Notes: generated by a model from the letters alone, not told the origin. Counted from the stretch's first letter, positions 42,286 through 63,703 are shown. The stretch is 64,000 nt of DNA from the human T2T-CHM13v2.0 reference genome, Homo sapiens (GCF_009914755.1 NC_060930.1); one strand, 5' to 3'. Translations and numbers: made by a program.

Positions 42286-43842
42286 GCCAAAGTTAGAGCA
42301 GGAGTGCCAAAAGTTAGAGCAGGAACCAGATTTCCTGGTCTTAGCATACAAGAAAATGGAGGCGATGGGAATAGAATGTGTGTTTCTAAAGTTTAAGAAG
42401 TCAGGAAGAAAAGAAATAGAGCATACTAGGTATAGAGGGTGACTGTGCCAAGCAAGGTTTTCAAGTTGGGGTGGGCAGGAGCAGTAAAACTCATGGAAAT
42501 GGAGGATGTGCTGAGAATACTTGAGGAAACAAGGCCTGAGGAGATGGAAAGAGAATTTTAAACATTTATTTATTATGTGATTATTATAATATGAACCTCT
42601 GTTTCCTATGTGATGTTCCCTGAGTGTAGAATTTGTTTCTTTCTTACCGTGATATACCCAGCACTTGAGATGGTACTGACAGACTGTATATGCTCAGTAA
42701 AATTTGTTGAATAACTGAAAGAATTGCATTGGGAGTTTAGTTTATCTCACACCTGATGGATATATGAAAAATTATGAATTGGTAAAGGAGTGTTTAAAAG
42801 TAGAAAGAAGAGCTGTGGGAGCTCACATCCACTGCTCATCTTTCCAATAAAGTAGGCAGGGGAATCGCTTACCAGAAGGATTTGGTGTATTTAGGGCTTA
42901 AAGAAAGTTGAAGAGTCTAGAATAATACCTTCCATAAGTGTGCTAAGTCATTAACTAATTAAAAAAAAAAGATTGCTAAGCTACAGAATGGTTACAGTTT
43001 GAGTTCCTAGCATATGCTAGGCACTATAACTAATATTCTACATACACAATTTTATGGAATCCTTAAAACAATCTTAGGAGATAAGTATTATTTATGTTGA
43101 GTTTACTAATGAAAAAACAGTACTAGGCTATAAATTTGTAACTGGCTAAGCCAGCACTATTATGTTGCTTTCTCTAGCAGTGTCTTATGGCCTTAGAGCA
43201 AAAGCAGAGATGGCATAATTTTTTATTCAGGTTTAGGGGTTAGCAAAGCAGGCATGCTGCTTTAAATTCTTCCTATGTTTTCTGTTTAATTTAATCTCAC
43301 ACCACCACCATGAGGTAAATATTATCTTCGTTTGATGGAGAGTTTAATGTGTTTTCCTCAGGCAGCAAAGGTGGTACATGATCAAACCTGGGTTAGACCC
43401 AGGTCTATTTTATTCCAAACCCTGAACTTCCCCCAGTACTCGCAGAAGGAAGACTAGACTTAGTGTTTAGGTTGACACTGATAATGATAACTATGTAAAC
43501 TTTAGAGAACACAATTAACAATAGAGATTTTTCAGTTCTTGAGGACAATAGTAATGTCTGCTAAAATATTGCAAAGAATTAAGTATATATGTGAAATACT
43601 ATGTAATCTATAATGTACTAAAGAAATATTGAATAATTTTAAAATGTTGATAAAGGGGTTATTCTATATCATTCACATTTTCTCAATATATTTGTAAACC
43701 TGTTAACTTCTAGACACAAATATTAGTTTTCTAATTGCCTATGTCTTGGTTTTTCTTTCAAAGAAAAGCTAGTTTTGTTTGAATGTTCATGTTAGTGAGA
43801 TCCTAGGAAAGTAATTTGAATGTAATGAAAAAAATAGTTTCT

Positions 43843-44129
<287 letters not shown>

Positions 44130-47100
44130 TCAAAAGAAAGTTTCTTGCAAAAATAGTCTAATCTTTCTTATTATTTTTGGGCAGCAATTTTAAAGGTACC
44201 CTTAACAGCTACCAAGTCATCTAAAACATATTTTTGAAGCTTTATTGCAGTGAAATTTGTTATATTCTCTCTTATAAATAGTTTGGTGTATAATAAAGAT
44301 ATGTGTATGTTAAGGGTTTAATTCTTCTCTTGATGCTTTCCATAGCATGTGGAATACCAATTCTAGATTATACAGTATAAGAATTAATATTTAAACATTG
44401 ACTTGAACAGGTTGGGCTTGCTTTCATGAATTGTCAGGAGGCTAGCTAGTCAAAATTCAAATTAAATTATGTATTGGGTTAAGTCTATCATTAGAATAAA
44501 ACAGGTGTTATTATCCTTCTCCTAACACTATTCTGGCAAAAATTAGCTTTAGTAAATTTAATTGCCCTTGATGTTGTACTCCAAATACTTTTTAATTCTT
44601 AAATTATGGAAATAAGATAAAAAATAGAAGACTTCAACTCTGTCATTCATTTATAAATGTCATTTTGCCAGTGATACCTTATGGATTATGCTGATATATT
44701 AAAATGAGATTAAAAAAATAAAATGACATTTTATTCAACATTTTAAAAGGTGGGTCAAATTTTTGTTGCTAATATATGTGGTACTTTTAGGGGAAAATGA
44801 CAATAAAATATGTATCTTCTTAAAAAGATGCCAGTTTAAGATATCAAGAGTATGTTTTAATTGGCCATGTCTCTGGACAAATTGGGTACGTATAAGCTCC
44901 AAAATGGGTCAGACTTCTGATACTGAAGGATTTTTCTTTGGAAGATTTATTAATATTAGGAATCTCAGGGGCTTGAAGTGTGGGGAAAGTATACTCTTGG
45001 CTTTCTTTAACAACCTGTTGTGTGTTTGTCACCCATCTTTTGCCTGTAAATCTTTGTTGAATTTATTATTTTGTTTTTACTTAAAAAAATTACTTTGAAC
45101 CATCTTTCCAGTTTGTTTACTTCTATGTAAAGTAGGATTTTATTTTATTTAAAAAATAACCAAACAGTTATTTTGCTCCTGCCTGTGCGCATTACTCTTT
45201 ATAGTAAGAGAGTATATAAGTTTAAACTGTTGTGGGGACCCAGAGAATGGTTGTGCTTTAATAGTGCGATTGTTGTTGTTCTATGCAGCTCAGTCAGAAA
45301 AGCAGGAATCCTAATCAGGAAAGGGCTAGAGGGATGTTTACTCAAGGGGAAATCTAGACGGTTACTGTTCTGTATTGATAAGAATGTCACCTGTTAAGTG
45401 AAGTCAGCCTTTTAATTGAGAATAAGTTCAGAGAAAGAGACACAAAAACTCACATTTAAAAAATTTGAATAGTAAGGATGATACTGATTAGGCACCCTAA
45501 GAAGTAGATTGCTTTTCGACTTTGATCCCAGAATAAGCTTGTCATTTTCTTTTGTACTATCTCGGACATAACCTGCCTTTTCCTAGGGGACTGTTTAAAG
45601 AGTGTATTTTGTTCATCCATTCAACAAACATTGAGTGTCTACTATGTCCCAGGCAGTCTTCTAGCTACTAGAGGTATAGCAGCAGTGAACAATATAGAAA
45701 AAAAAATTAAAACTCTGGAGCTTACATTCTGGTTGAGGAGAGACAGTAAACAAGTAAGTGAATTATTGATATATTACTTGGTGATTACTGCTATGAAAAA
45801 ATTTTTTCATGAAGAAGATAAGGAATGCTGTTTAGTGCCTGGATGTGGTTTTAAATAGGGTGGTCATGGAAGGCTTAAACAAAAACATGATGTTTTGCCA
45901 CAACGTAAGTTTTATGTAAGAACTCTAGGCTTGGCATTTTTCTTTTCATATCTTAGTGGGATATGAATAGCAGGTCTGAGTGTTCACCATTTTACAATGA
46001 AGAAACTCGAGGCAAAGAGAACTGTCCAAGTGTACTCAGAATTAACAGACACTGGATCTTAAAACCTTTCGATATGATTTCAGTCTGTGGAGGTTTGAGC
46101 TGTAATGCAGCCAGATTTAGCTAAAAAGTCAGTGGGTTCGGGGAAGACCAGCAGGAGGCAGTGGAGCACCAGCACAAGCTGAGGCCAACTCCCATTGTTG
46201 AGGCTTGGGCAAATGTAGCTTAAGTCAGGTGAGAAGCACTGGCTTGGTGGCCTGGGCTTACATGAGGCCTACACTAAGCTCACTGAGTCTCTGTTCTCAG
46301 TGAGGAAGGTGGTTTCAGACCCTTCATTTTGGAGGGGCTGTCATTTAAAACAAGGTACCAGGCTCTGTCTGTGACTCTAGGACTGATAAGGCAGATTTCC
46401 TTGCTCTCAAGTCTTTGATCCCTGTAGCCTACCTACTAGGATTGAGTAAAGCAACACTGTCTTAATCATGCCTAGGCTCAAGGATCTTGTGATTTAGTCA
46501 AGTTCTTAGAGAGGGGAAAAGGATTTTCTACTAAAATCTCAAAAGAATTCCTATATTTTAATCCCCCACTGGAAAGATACACCAGAGGGAAATGAATGAT
46601 GTCTACAATAAGGTGTGTGAGTCTTGGGCACAATTAATCTTTTTACCTACTATATGCTTTAGTTTGTCTCCACATCTTTGGACCTCAAGGCCTTTTATTT
46701 CAACCTCTCATTTCCTTTTCCTTTGCATTGGTTGAGACATTTTTTAAGCTCTCCAGTTGCATTCCTGTATGCCATCCTTACCCTTTGAATTTTCATGTAA
46801 GCCTCAAAAAAACAAATATTTCTACATAGTTTCTCTCCACCTATCTTTTCTGCCCCTTCCTTTGGCAGTTTTTAGACTTTTTTTTGTACGAAGAAACCCC
46901 TTGTTTTCCGTAGGCTTTCAAAACAACACTGTGATGAACATTCATCTCAGATTTTCTCCACTGTAATATTTAAAAATTGCAAATAAATTGTATTTTATTC
47001 TACTAGATTTAGACAGTGTACTCAAAAACAAAATGTTTGTCAGAATGAGTAAATATGAAACAATACCATTGTCACTAGCTTAAATAGTGGTTAAGTGATA

Positions 47101-49290
47101 TTGTTCAGTAAATCCATATGTAAGAATAAAGTCAGAATGGTAAAAGTTTGACATTTCACAGGAAATGTGTGGATTAAAGGGATTTTTATTTGTTTAAATA
47201 TAGTCGCTTTGTAATTTAGATAGAATAATACTGTTAAACCAATTTGAAGATAAGGTGTGCTTTCTATGTTGATGTTTTTAGGTTATATTATAATTTGATG
47301 TCTCTTTACCAACAAAGGAAAGATATATATATATAGATTAATTCTCTTGGATATGAGTTTTATCACAATAATGCTTTTATTTCTACCGTTAGTTTTAAAA
47401 ATACTTAAAATTGCCTCTTGAAAAATCTATATTTAAAAAAACATGAATCCAGGATATAGTCATTTTAATTAGTATATTTGAATATAATGTTCACTAATGA
47501 GAATGATCTCAAGGTAATTCAAGAAGAGATCATGAAGTCTTTGTTTTTCTAGGAAATTTCCAATTTTTTCTGTCTTTAAAGGTGGACTTATTTTTAAAGG
47601 TGGACTCTTTTTTGCCAACATTGCATGCACTTTCGTTGCCCTTCTTGTTTCCTGTTATGCTTGCTGTAACTCACTGTGTAAACCTTGAGGCTCCATTACT
47701 TGCTTTGAGGTTTGGTATCCTATTCTTTAGTGATATGGCAACTGCAGAAACACTGCAGTGTGGTCTTTAGAGTTTCAAGGGTGTCATAGTACTTAAGGCT
47801 ACTTTTTGTCCTCCTTTTTTGCTTCCTTATTCCTTGCAAAGCTTTGCCTTGGCCACATGTGAGATCAAGCAGTATGTTTCCACAGTTTCTAAATTCTTAC
47901 TCTAAGGAATTAGGGACAAGATGATTTCCCCAAATCATCCCTAGCCCATGTATGGGCCTTCTAGGAATAGTACCATAAAAATCTGTCTTTATTAATAGGT
48001 CCTTTCTGACAAATCAACACTTAAACATTATTTTAACACAATTTTATGATGATGATTATCTGCTGCAGTTTTATGTATTTTAATCATTAACTTATTGATT
48101 GTGCCTTGAGGCCTCTTACATAAAGGATGCAATTTGAATAATGCCTTGGTAAAACCATTTAATCTCTGTTTACAACTATATTATGTTTCATCCCAAACAG
48201 TAATGATGACTCCTTTCTATGGATAACATGGCACATATTGTTTACATGTAAATGTTGTTTTAAAAGCTATATTTTGTTAGACTTAGATTTTCACATTCAA
48301 GATCATTCCTAAAGCTTTATGTGATTTTTTAAAAGATAATTTTAATCTACCTATAGTGTGTATAAATTTATTACCTAGAGAAAAGGAAGAAATTATACTG
48401 TCTGATAGGGGAGAGAATTCTGAATAATTAAGGGGCAACTAGTTGGAATTAATTTTAGTACACTAGGGATGAACTAGATTTAGTTTAAGCCTCTGTTGAT
48501 AAGAGCTCTAGAATCCTTTCTGTTTATCACAGAAGGCCCAGCCCTGTGTTAATCCTTTCCTGAGCACCTTAGCCAGCAGTGACTAACACCTCTTTCAATC
48601 TTCACTAAATTTTAAGTGTCTAAATAGCAGGGATTCTATCTTAAAGTTTTTATATTCTCCCCACCCATCTCTTGCATAGGAAAGAATGCTCTGCACCTAG
48701 TCTTTTCTTAATATGTATTCGTTGGCCGAAAATGGACCTAAGTGTGTTAAGCCATTAGTTTTCTCTTTGAAAAATTGAAGGATATGCTACTTCATGGTTT
48801 TTTCCTTCATATTTAAATCTTGCTGTTGTCGTAAAGACAGACTTTTCATTTAAAAAGTATAATTGCTAAGTAATGTGTTTTCGTTCTTTCAGGGAACCCT
48901 TCCAGCCAGATCATTTGCTTTTCTGACTGTTGAGTATAGATAGGCTTGTCCTTAGAGAAAGCAGACTGTGAGTGCCACAGTGAATGCCTTGTATTATTTT
49001 CTCTTTACAAAGATAAACGAAAGTTCTAAAAGAGCACATTGTCTGCTTTATTTGTAGGGAAGAATGTGTATCAAAAGGGGATATAATATTTTGTTGATAG
49101 AGACAAATGGACTAAAAATAATGTTATTTTTCTTAGAAACATTTAACATTTTAAGTGGCTTTTTGAGAAGATGGCTGATTTAAAGTAAACTTGCTATCCT
49201 TTGGCATGGTTGAGCCATTTAAAATAATTTGTTAGAGTGGGGAATGCTAACCTTTATTAAGTCCTGCAGTATGTCTGGCGCTTTGTGTAA

Positions 49291-49707
<417 letters not shown>

Positions 49708-50044
49708 TAGAAGCTCCGGGATTCACATGATTTTTCTGTTCATTGGATGGGCCATACCACAAACACTAGATAAGCTTTATGACATTGTCTTCTTCCTTTA
49801 GAAAAATGAAAAATAAAAACAAAATATTGAAAGGAACAGAGAACTAGACATTGCTGAACACCTGGCTAAACTAATTATTCTACTTGAGCACTAACTTTAG
49901 CTACGGGGGATAGAAAAAGTCTGTGATTCTCATTTTTGGAAAGAAATATAATTTTTTTGGACAAGAAGAGCTTTTATTTTCATATTTATTAAACTCTGTC
50001 TGTATGCTAATGTTTTAAGGACTGTCAGTAATCAGGAACACAAT

Positions 50045-51815
50045 GCCATCATTCACAATTGCCATAATAAGAATAACATACTTAGGAATACAGCTAACAA
50101 GAGAGGGGAATGAGCTCTACAATGAGAATTAGAAAATACTGCTCAAAGAAATCAGAGATGACACAAACAAATGGAAAAACATCTGATACTCACAGATAGG
50201 AAAAATCAATATCATTAAAATGGCCATTCTGCCCAAAGTAATTTATAGATTCAATGCTATTCCTATCCAACTACCAATGACATTCTTCACAGAACTAGAA
50301 AAACTATTTTAAAATTCGTATGGAACCAAAAAGGCCTTAGTAGCCAAAGCAATCCTAAGCAAAAAGAACAAAGCTGGAGGCATCATGTTATCTGACTTCA
50401 AACTATACTACAGGGCTACAGTAACCAAAACAACATGGTACTGGTACAAAAACAGACATAGACCAATGGAACAGAATAGGAAGCCCAGAAATAAGGCCGC
50501 ACACCTACGACAATCTGATCTTCAACAACGCCGACAAAAGCAATGGGGAAAGGACTGCCTATTCAACAAGTAGTGCTGGGATAACTGACTAGCCATATGT
50601 AGAAGATTGAAACTGGACCCTTTCCTTACACCATATAAAAAAATCAACTCAAGATGGATTAAAGACTTAAATGTTAAACCCAAAATGCTACAAACCCTGG
50701 AAGACAACCTAGACAGTACCATGCTGGACATTAGAAATGGACAAAGATTTCATGACAAAGATACCAGAAGCAATTGCAACAAAAGCAAATATTGGCAAAT
50801 GGGATCTAATTAAACTTAAGAGCTTCTTCACAGCAAAAGAAACTATCAACAGAGTAAACAGACAACCTACCAAATGGGAGAAAATATTTGCCAACTGTGC
50901 ATCTGACAAAGGTCTAATATCCAGCATCTATAAGGAACTTAAATTTAAAAGAAAAACAAAAAAAAGTCCATTAAAAAGTAGGCTAAGGACATGAACAGAT
51001 ACTTTTCTAAAGAAGACATACATGTGGCCAACAAGCATAGGAGAAAAAGCTTAGTATCACTGATCATTAGAGAAATGCAAATCAAAACCACAGTGAGATA
51101 CCATCTCATACCAGTCAGAATGGCTATTATTAAAAAGTCAAAAAATAATAGATGCTGGTGAGGTTGTGGAGAAAAGGGAACACATACACTGTTGGTGGGA
51201 GTGTAAATTAGTTCAACCATTGTGGAAAGCAGTATGGCAATTCCTCAAAGAGCTAAATACAGAACTACCATTCGACCCAGCAATGCTATTACCGAGTATA
51301 AGAGGAATATAAATCATTCTACCATAAAGACATATGCACGCGAATGTTCATTGCAGCACTATTCACAATAGCAAAGACATGGAATCACCCTAAGTGTCCA
51401 TCGGTGACAGATTGGGTAAAGACAATGTGGTACACATATACCATGGAATACTCTTCAGCCATAAAAAAGAACAAGATCATGTCTTTTGCAGGAACATGGA
51501 TGGAGCTGGAGGCCATTATCCTTAGCAAACTAATGCGGGAACAGAAAATCAAATGCTGCACATTCTCATTTATAAGTGGGAGTTAAATGATGAGAACTCA
51601 TGAGCATAGAGAAGGGAACAACAGACACTGGAGCTTCCTTGAGGGTGGAGGGTGGGAGGAAGGAGAGGAGCAGAAAAAAATAACTATTGGGTACTAAGCT
51701 TAGTACGTGGGTGATGAAATATCTATACACCAAACTGCTATGATGTGAGTTTACCTATATAACAAACCTGCACATATCCCCCAAACTTAAAAGTTAAAAA
51801 AAAAAAAAGAAAAAG
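50045..51815 (+). mobile_element. 5'-truncated older L1PA (L1PA13-16-like): ORF2 3' part, 3' UTR and poly(A)
   Basis: Fragmented ORF2 peptides ([35 protein letters not shown]), G-rich 3' UTR, A tail. Confidence 0.9.
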
Positions 51816-52869
51816 ATATGACTTTTGACCTCAGGGAACATAGTCTATACTAGACTGTTATAACTTGTATTTTAATATAACTATTGAATTGCCTTGCAAA
51901 TAATAATAACCTCTTTGGAGACAGATACCACATTTTGTTAGGTTTAAATTCAAGTAAGTATTGGATATTTAGAAATATTTCACAAAACTTAATAAATAAA
52001 TAGACATTAGTCTCCTGAGAGGGCAGTTCTCTTGTTTTGGAAGGCACTGTGGTGTGGCGGGGAGAATGTAGACTTTGGAATCAAACCAGAGCCCAGACCT
52101 ATTTGCCAGTTATTTGCCATGTGACTTTGGTTAAGTCAGCCTCTCTGGACTTAGTTTTCTCATCTTTCAAATAAGGATAATGATGGGATTGAGATGAAGA
52201 TTACATATGATAACAACCCTTAGTATTGTGCTTATTAGCACAGTGTCTGATACATAGCAAATGATCAATAAAATGCCCTCCCCTAAGTTCTTATTTAATA
52301 TGATGTTGAAAGTAGTAAGCATAGTAGGAGGACAAGCTCAAGAGTAAGATATATCTACCTAGGAGACTCAGAGAGGGCTTCATGGACAAATTGATATTTG
52401 AATTGAACCCTGAAGGATGGTACGATTTGGACATACAGAATTGGGATGCATGAATATTTTATGATCCATGAAGTATTCATATAAAGGTTGTTGGTAACAT
52501 AATAAAGGACCTTTTAAACCATGGTTTGGCTAAACACATAGAACCATTACTCAAGTGGAGAGTCTTACACTGAACCTTTGTAAAAGCTGAGAGCATGTTA
52601 TTAAGTTTCAGTTAAAGTATTCCTGCTGGATGCTGAGAAATTACAGGTTGGTTTTATTGCTGTCTTCTGATCTTTATCTTTCTTAATATATATATAGAAG
52701 TTAGAAAATATATATGGTGGTTCCTTGATACACGTGTTTTTATTTCTTTTAAAATGTCAGATGTCCAAAGCAAGTTGGTTGAGGGTGCTGAGCTCTTTTC
52801 AGGGGTTCAATTTTCTAATCAATGCCAAGATGCTAACTTTTAGGTAGTCATTAATGAGATACATTTTGG

Positions 52870-53165
52870 GGCTGGGCACGGTGGCTCACACCTATAATCT
52901 CAGCGCTATGGGTGGCCAAGGTGGGAAGATCACTTGAGCCCAGGAGCTCAAGACCAGCCTAGGCAACACAGCAAGACTCCGTCTCTCCAAAAAAATAAAA
53001 AAATTAGCTGGGTGTGGTGATACACACCTGTAGTCTCAGCTATTTGGGAGGCTGAGATGGGATTGAGCCCAGGAGTTCAAGGTTACAGTGAGCCATGAGC
53101 ATGCCACTTCACTCTAGCCTGGGAGATAGAGTGACACCCTGCATCTTAAAGAAAAAAAAAAAAAA
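52870..53165 (+). mobile_element. AluJ
   Basis: gatcacttgagcccaggag diagnostics, A tail. Confidence 0.9.
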
Positions 53166-53661
53166 GTTTTGGGCTTTGAGGTGATACAAAGATATAAGAT
53201 TAGTGCCTCTCAAACTTTTTATGTTTGTCATACATTTTCTGAATATTTGAATTTTTGGTAGCATGCTTAAAGTGTCTAAGTTGAATCCATGGAAGTTATT
53301 ATGGCAGAAATCACTTGGGTCACCCTTCAGCACTGTGTCATCATCCAAGCAGAACTGTTGACTGCCCTGACTTCAGTATTTACCTATTCTAGTGAATTTT
53401 TGCAGTCTTTTTTTGGCTTTACCTTGTACTTCTTATCTGCAGCTAGTTATGCCTTTCTCAAAATTGTATCTAAGGGCCTACTCAGGTCAAGATTCCATCT
53501 GACTGATTTCACAATAACCATCTTTCCTCATTTTCAGCAAAGATAAATTTACTTGCTGATTTAAAATAATTGAAGAATTGGTTTAGAATAGTACATAGGA
53601 TACTTGACGGGATAGATCCTAGACAACATAGATGTAGGTATTTAACATCGCTAAGGTGGTA

Positions 53662-56408
<2,747 letters not shown>

Positions 56409-57017
56409 TATTATATTCTTCTTAGATAGTTTAGCACTCCAGGAAACACTTTAGTTCTTTATATTTACACTCAGGTGATCTCATCCTTTTTTATGGCTTC
56501 ACATAGATCTATATGCCAATAACTCCTAAGGGCATATTTTCAGCCTAACCACCTCCCTGAGCTCTAGACCCAGATATCCAAGTGCCTACTTATGATCTAT
56601 AGATGATCTATGTTCTAGATTATACAAACATCATAATACTTAGGAGGTATCTCAGACTTAAAGTGCTTAAAACTAAGCTGTTGGTATACCATTCTGCCCC
56701 AAACCAACTCCTCCTATCGTCTTTCCAATCTCAGATAATGGCAGTCTCATTGTTTTAGTTGCTCAGGTTAAAAACCTTGATGTATATAGTCTTTTATTTA
56801 TTTATTTTTATTATTATACTTTAAGTTTTAGGGTACATGTGCACATTGTGCAGGTTAGTTACATATGTATACATGTGCCATGCTGTTGCGCTGCACCCAC
56901 TCACTCATCATCTAGCATTAGGTATATCTCCCAATGCTATCCCTCCCCCTTCCCCCCACCCCACAACAGTCCCCAGAGTGTGATGTTCCCCTTCCTGTGT
57001 CCATGTGATCTCATTGT

Positions 57018-60848
<3,831 letters not shown>

Positions 60849-60911
60849 TATGATGTTAGCTGGTGATTTTGCTCGTTAGTTGATGCAGTGTCTTCCTAGT
60901 CTCGATGGTCT

Positions 60912-61928
60912 TTACACTTTGGCATGATTTTGCAGCGGCTGGTAACGGTTGTTTCTTTCCATGTTTAGCGCTTCCTTCAGGAGCTCTTTTAGGGCAGGCC
61001 TGGTGGTGACAAAATCTCTCAGTATTTGCTTGTGTGTAAAGCATTTTATTTCTCCTTCACTTATGAAGCTTAGTTTGGCTGGATATGAAATTCTGGGTTG
61101 AAAATTCTTTTCTTTAAGAATGTTGAATATTGGCCCCCACTCTCTTCTGGCTTGTAGGGTTTCTGCTGAGAGATCCGCTGTTAGTCTGGTGGGCTTCCCT
61201 TTGAGGGTAACCCGACCTTTCTCTCTGGCTGCCCTTAACATTTTTTCCTTCATTTCAACTTTGGTGAATCTGACAATTATGTGTCTTGGACTTGCTTTCT
61301 CAAGGAGTATCTTTGTGGCCTTCTCTGTATTTCCTGAATCTGAACGTTGGCCTGCCCTTTCTAGATTGGGGAAGTTCTCCTCGATAATATCCTGCAGAGT
61401 GTTTTCCAACTTGGTTCCATTCTCCCCATCACTTTCAGGTACACCAATCAGACGTAGATTTGGTCTTTTCACATAGTCCCATATTTCTTGGAGGCTTTGC
61501 TCTTTTCTTTTTATTCTTTTTTCTCTAAACTTCCCTTCTTGCTTCATTTCATTCATTTCATCTTCCATTGCTGATACCCTTTCTTCCAGTTGATCACATC
61601 GGCTCCTGAGGCTTCTACATTCTTCACGTAGTTCTCGAGCCTTGGTCTTCAGCTCCATCAGCTCCTTTAAGCACTTCTCTGTATTGGTTATTCTAGTTAT
61701 ACATTCTTCTAAATTTTTTTCAAAGTTTTCAACTTCTTTGCCTTTGGTTTGAATGTCCTCCCGTTGCTCAGAGTAATTTGATCGTCTGAAGCCTTCTTCT
61801 CTCAGCTCGTCAAAGTCATTCTCCATCCAGCTTTGTTCCATTGCTGGTGAGGAACTGCGTTCCTTTGGAAGAGGAGAGGCACTCTGCTTTTTAGAGTTTC
61901 CAGTTTTTCTGTTCTGTTTTTTCCCCAT
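60912..61928 (-). CDS. L1 ORF1p, open 338 codons with a 22-aa frameshifted internal segment
   Basis: MGKKQNRKTGNSK... to ...QPLQNHAKV; coiled coil, RRM and CTD recognisable. Confidence 0.9.
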   Translation of the reverse strand: MGKKQNRKTGNSKKQSASPLPKERSSSPAMEQSWMENDFDELREEGFRRSNYSEQREDIQTKGKEVENFEKNLEECITRITNTEKCLKELMELKTKARELREECRSLRSRCDQLEERVSAMEDEMNEMKQEGKFREKRIKRKEQSLQEIWDYVKRPNLRLIGVPESDGENGTKLENTLQDIIEENFPNLERAGQRSDSGNTEKATKILLEKASPRHIIVRFTKVEMKEKMLRAAREKGRVTLKGKPTRLTADLSAETLQARREWGPIFNILKEKNFQPRISYPAKLSFISEGEIKCFTHKQILRDFVTTRPALKELLKEALNMERNNRYQPLQNHAKV

Positions 61929-62829
61929 CTTTGTGGTTTTATCTACTTTTGGTCTTTGATGATGGTGATGTACCGATGTGTTTTTGGTGTGGATGTCCTT
62001 TCTGTTTGTTAGTTTTCCTTCTAATAGGACCCTTAGCTGCAGGTCTGTTGGAGTACCCTGCCATGTGAAGTGTCAGTGTGCCCCTGCTGGGGGGTGCCTC
62101 CCAATTAGGCTGCTCAGGGGTCAGGGGTCAGGGACCCACTTGAGGAGGCAGTCTGCCTGTTCTCAGATCTCCAGCTGCGTGCTGGGAGAACCACTGCTCT
62201 CTTCAAAGCTGTCAGACAGGGACATTTAAGTCTGCAGAAGTTACTGCTGTCTTTTTGTTTGTCTGTGCCCTGCCCCCAGAGGTGGAGCCTACAGAGGCAG
62301 GCAGGCCTCCTTGAGCTGTGGTGGGCTCCATCCAGTTTGAGCTTCCTGGATGCTTTGTTTACCTAAGCAAGCCTGGGCAATGGTGGGCGCCCCTCCCCCA
62401 GCCTTGCGGCCGCCTTGCAGTTTGATCTCAAACTGCTGTGCTAGCAATCAGTGAGACTCCGTGGGCATAGGACCCTCTGAGCCAGGTGCGGGATATAATC
62501 TCGTGGTGCGCCATTTTTTAAGCCCGTCAGAAAAGCGCAGTATTCGGGTGGGAGTGACCCAATTTTCCAGGTGCAGTCTGTCACCCCTTTCTTTGACTAG
62601 GAAAGGGAATTCCCTGACCCCTTGTGCTTCCGGAGTGAGGCAATGCCTCGCCCTGCTTTGGCTTGTGCAGAGTGCACGCACCCACTGACCTGTGCCCACT
62701 ATCTGGCACTCCCTAGTGAGATGAACCCGGTACCTCAGATGGAAATGCAGAAATCACCCGTCTTCTGCGTGGCTCATGCTGGGAGCTATAGACCGGAGCT
62801 GTTCCTATTCGGTCATCTTGGCTCCTCCC
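61929..62829. promoter_or_regulatory. L1 5' UTR: sense promoter (minus strand) and antisense promoter/ORF0 region (plus strand)
   Basis: Position within the full-length L1; ORF0-like ATG at 62380; donor-like CAG|GT at 62486 and 62571. Activity cannot be shown from sequence. Confidence 0.7.
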
Positions 62830-63703
62830 TGATGTATATAGTCTTTTACTCCTTTCTCTCATACCGATGCTCTCAGCAAATTGTTCTGTCTCAACCTTGA
62901 AAGTATATCATTATCCAGTTTGTACTGCCACAATATTGGTCCACACCATCACCATCTCTTATCTAATTATTGCAATAGCTTCCTAATTCCTCTTCCAGCT
63001 TCTGTCTCAGAAGATTTGATCAGTGTCATTATAAGCAGAGAGTACAAGGGCCACTGTTTGGGCCAATTTTTTTCAAAAAGGGGATTTAAAATTTCTTCAA
63101 GTCCTAGGACAGAATCTCTTAATGCCCTATAGAATTTCATGTCCCATGTCTTGAGAGAGGTGATTTTCTCCTCTATGTATAGTAAATTGACCATAATATT
63201 AAGAGCTTTCCAGTATAGCCTCTGGGAATATCTGATTTTTGGGAATAGCCTTTTGATGGACAGTTGCCCTATATATCCTAAATATGTTACTAATCTTAAA
63301 ATAATGAGAATATAATGAAGTGTACTCACCACTGAAATTCTCCTGAACATAATCTTCTTTTTAAACATTTAGAATGAACTTCAGGATTTGGAACATGCTT
63401 CAGGCTGATCATTAGGAATATCAGTTATCATTGTATAGTAGAGGAAGCACTGGTTAGTAGAGATTTCCAGTTGAGTTAGTGTCAGAAAAAGCAGCATTCT
63501 GTCTTCTAAAATTAAAAATAGTTTAATTCTTTCTGGTTATTTTCCCCTCTGAAATTTGGGGCATAAGGTTACCTACTGATATTGTGGTAGCAGTGATGGT
63601 TGACTGGATTTATATATTACTTAATGGCAGATTTTACTTTAAAAAGGGAAGTTCAGTGATTGAATTTTGCAAACACTTTATCTGACTTGTATATGCCTTA
63701 GCT

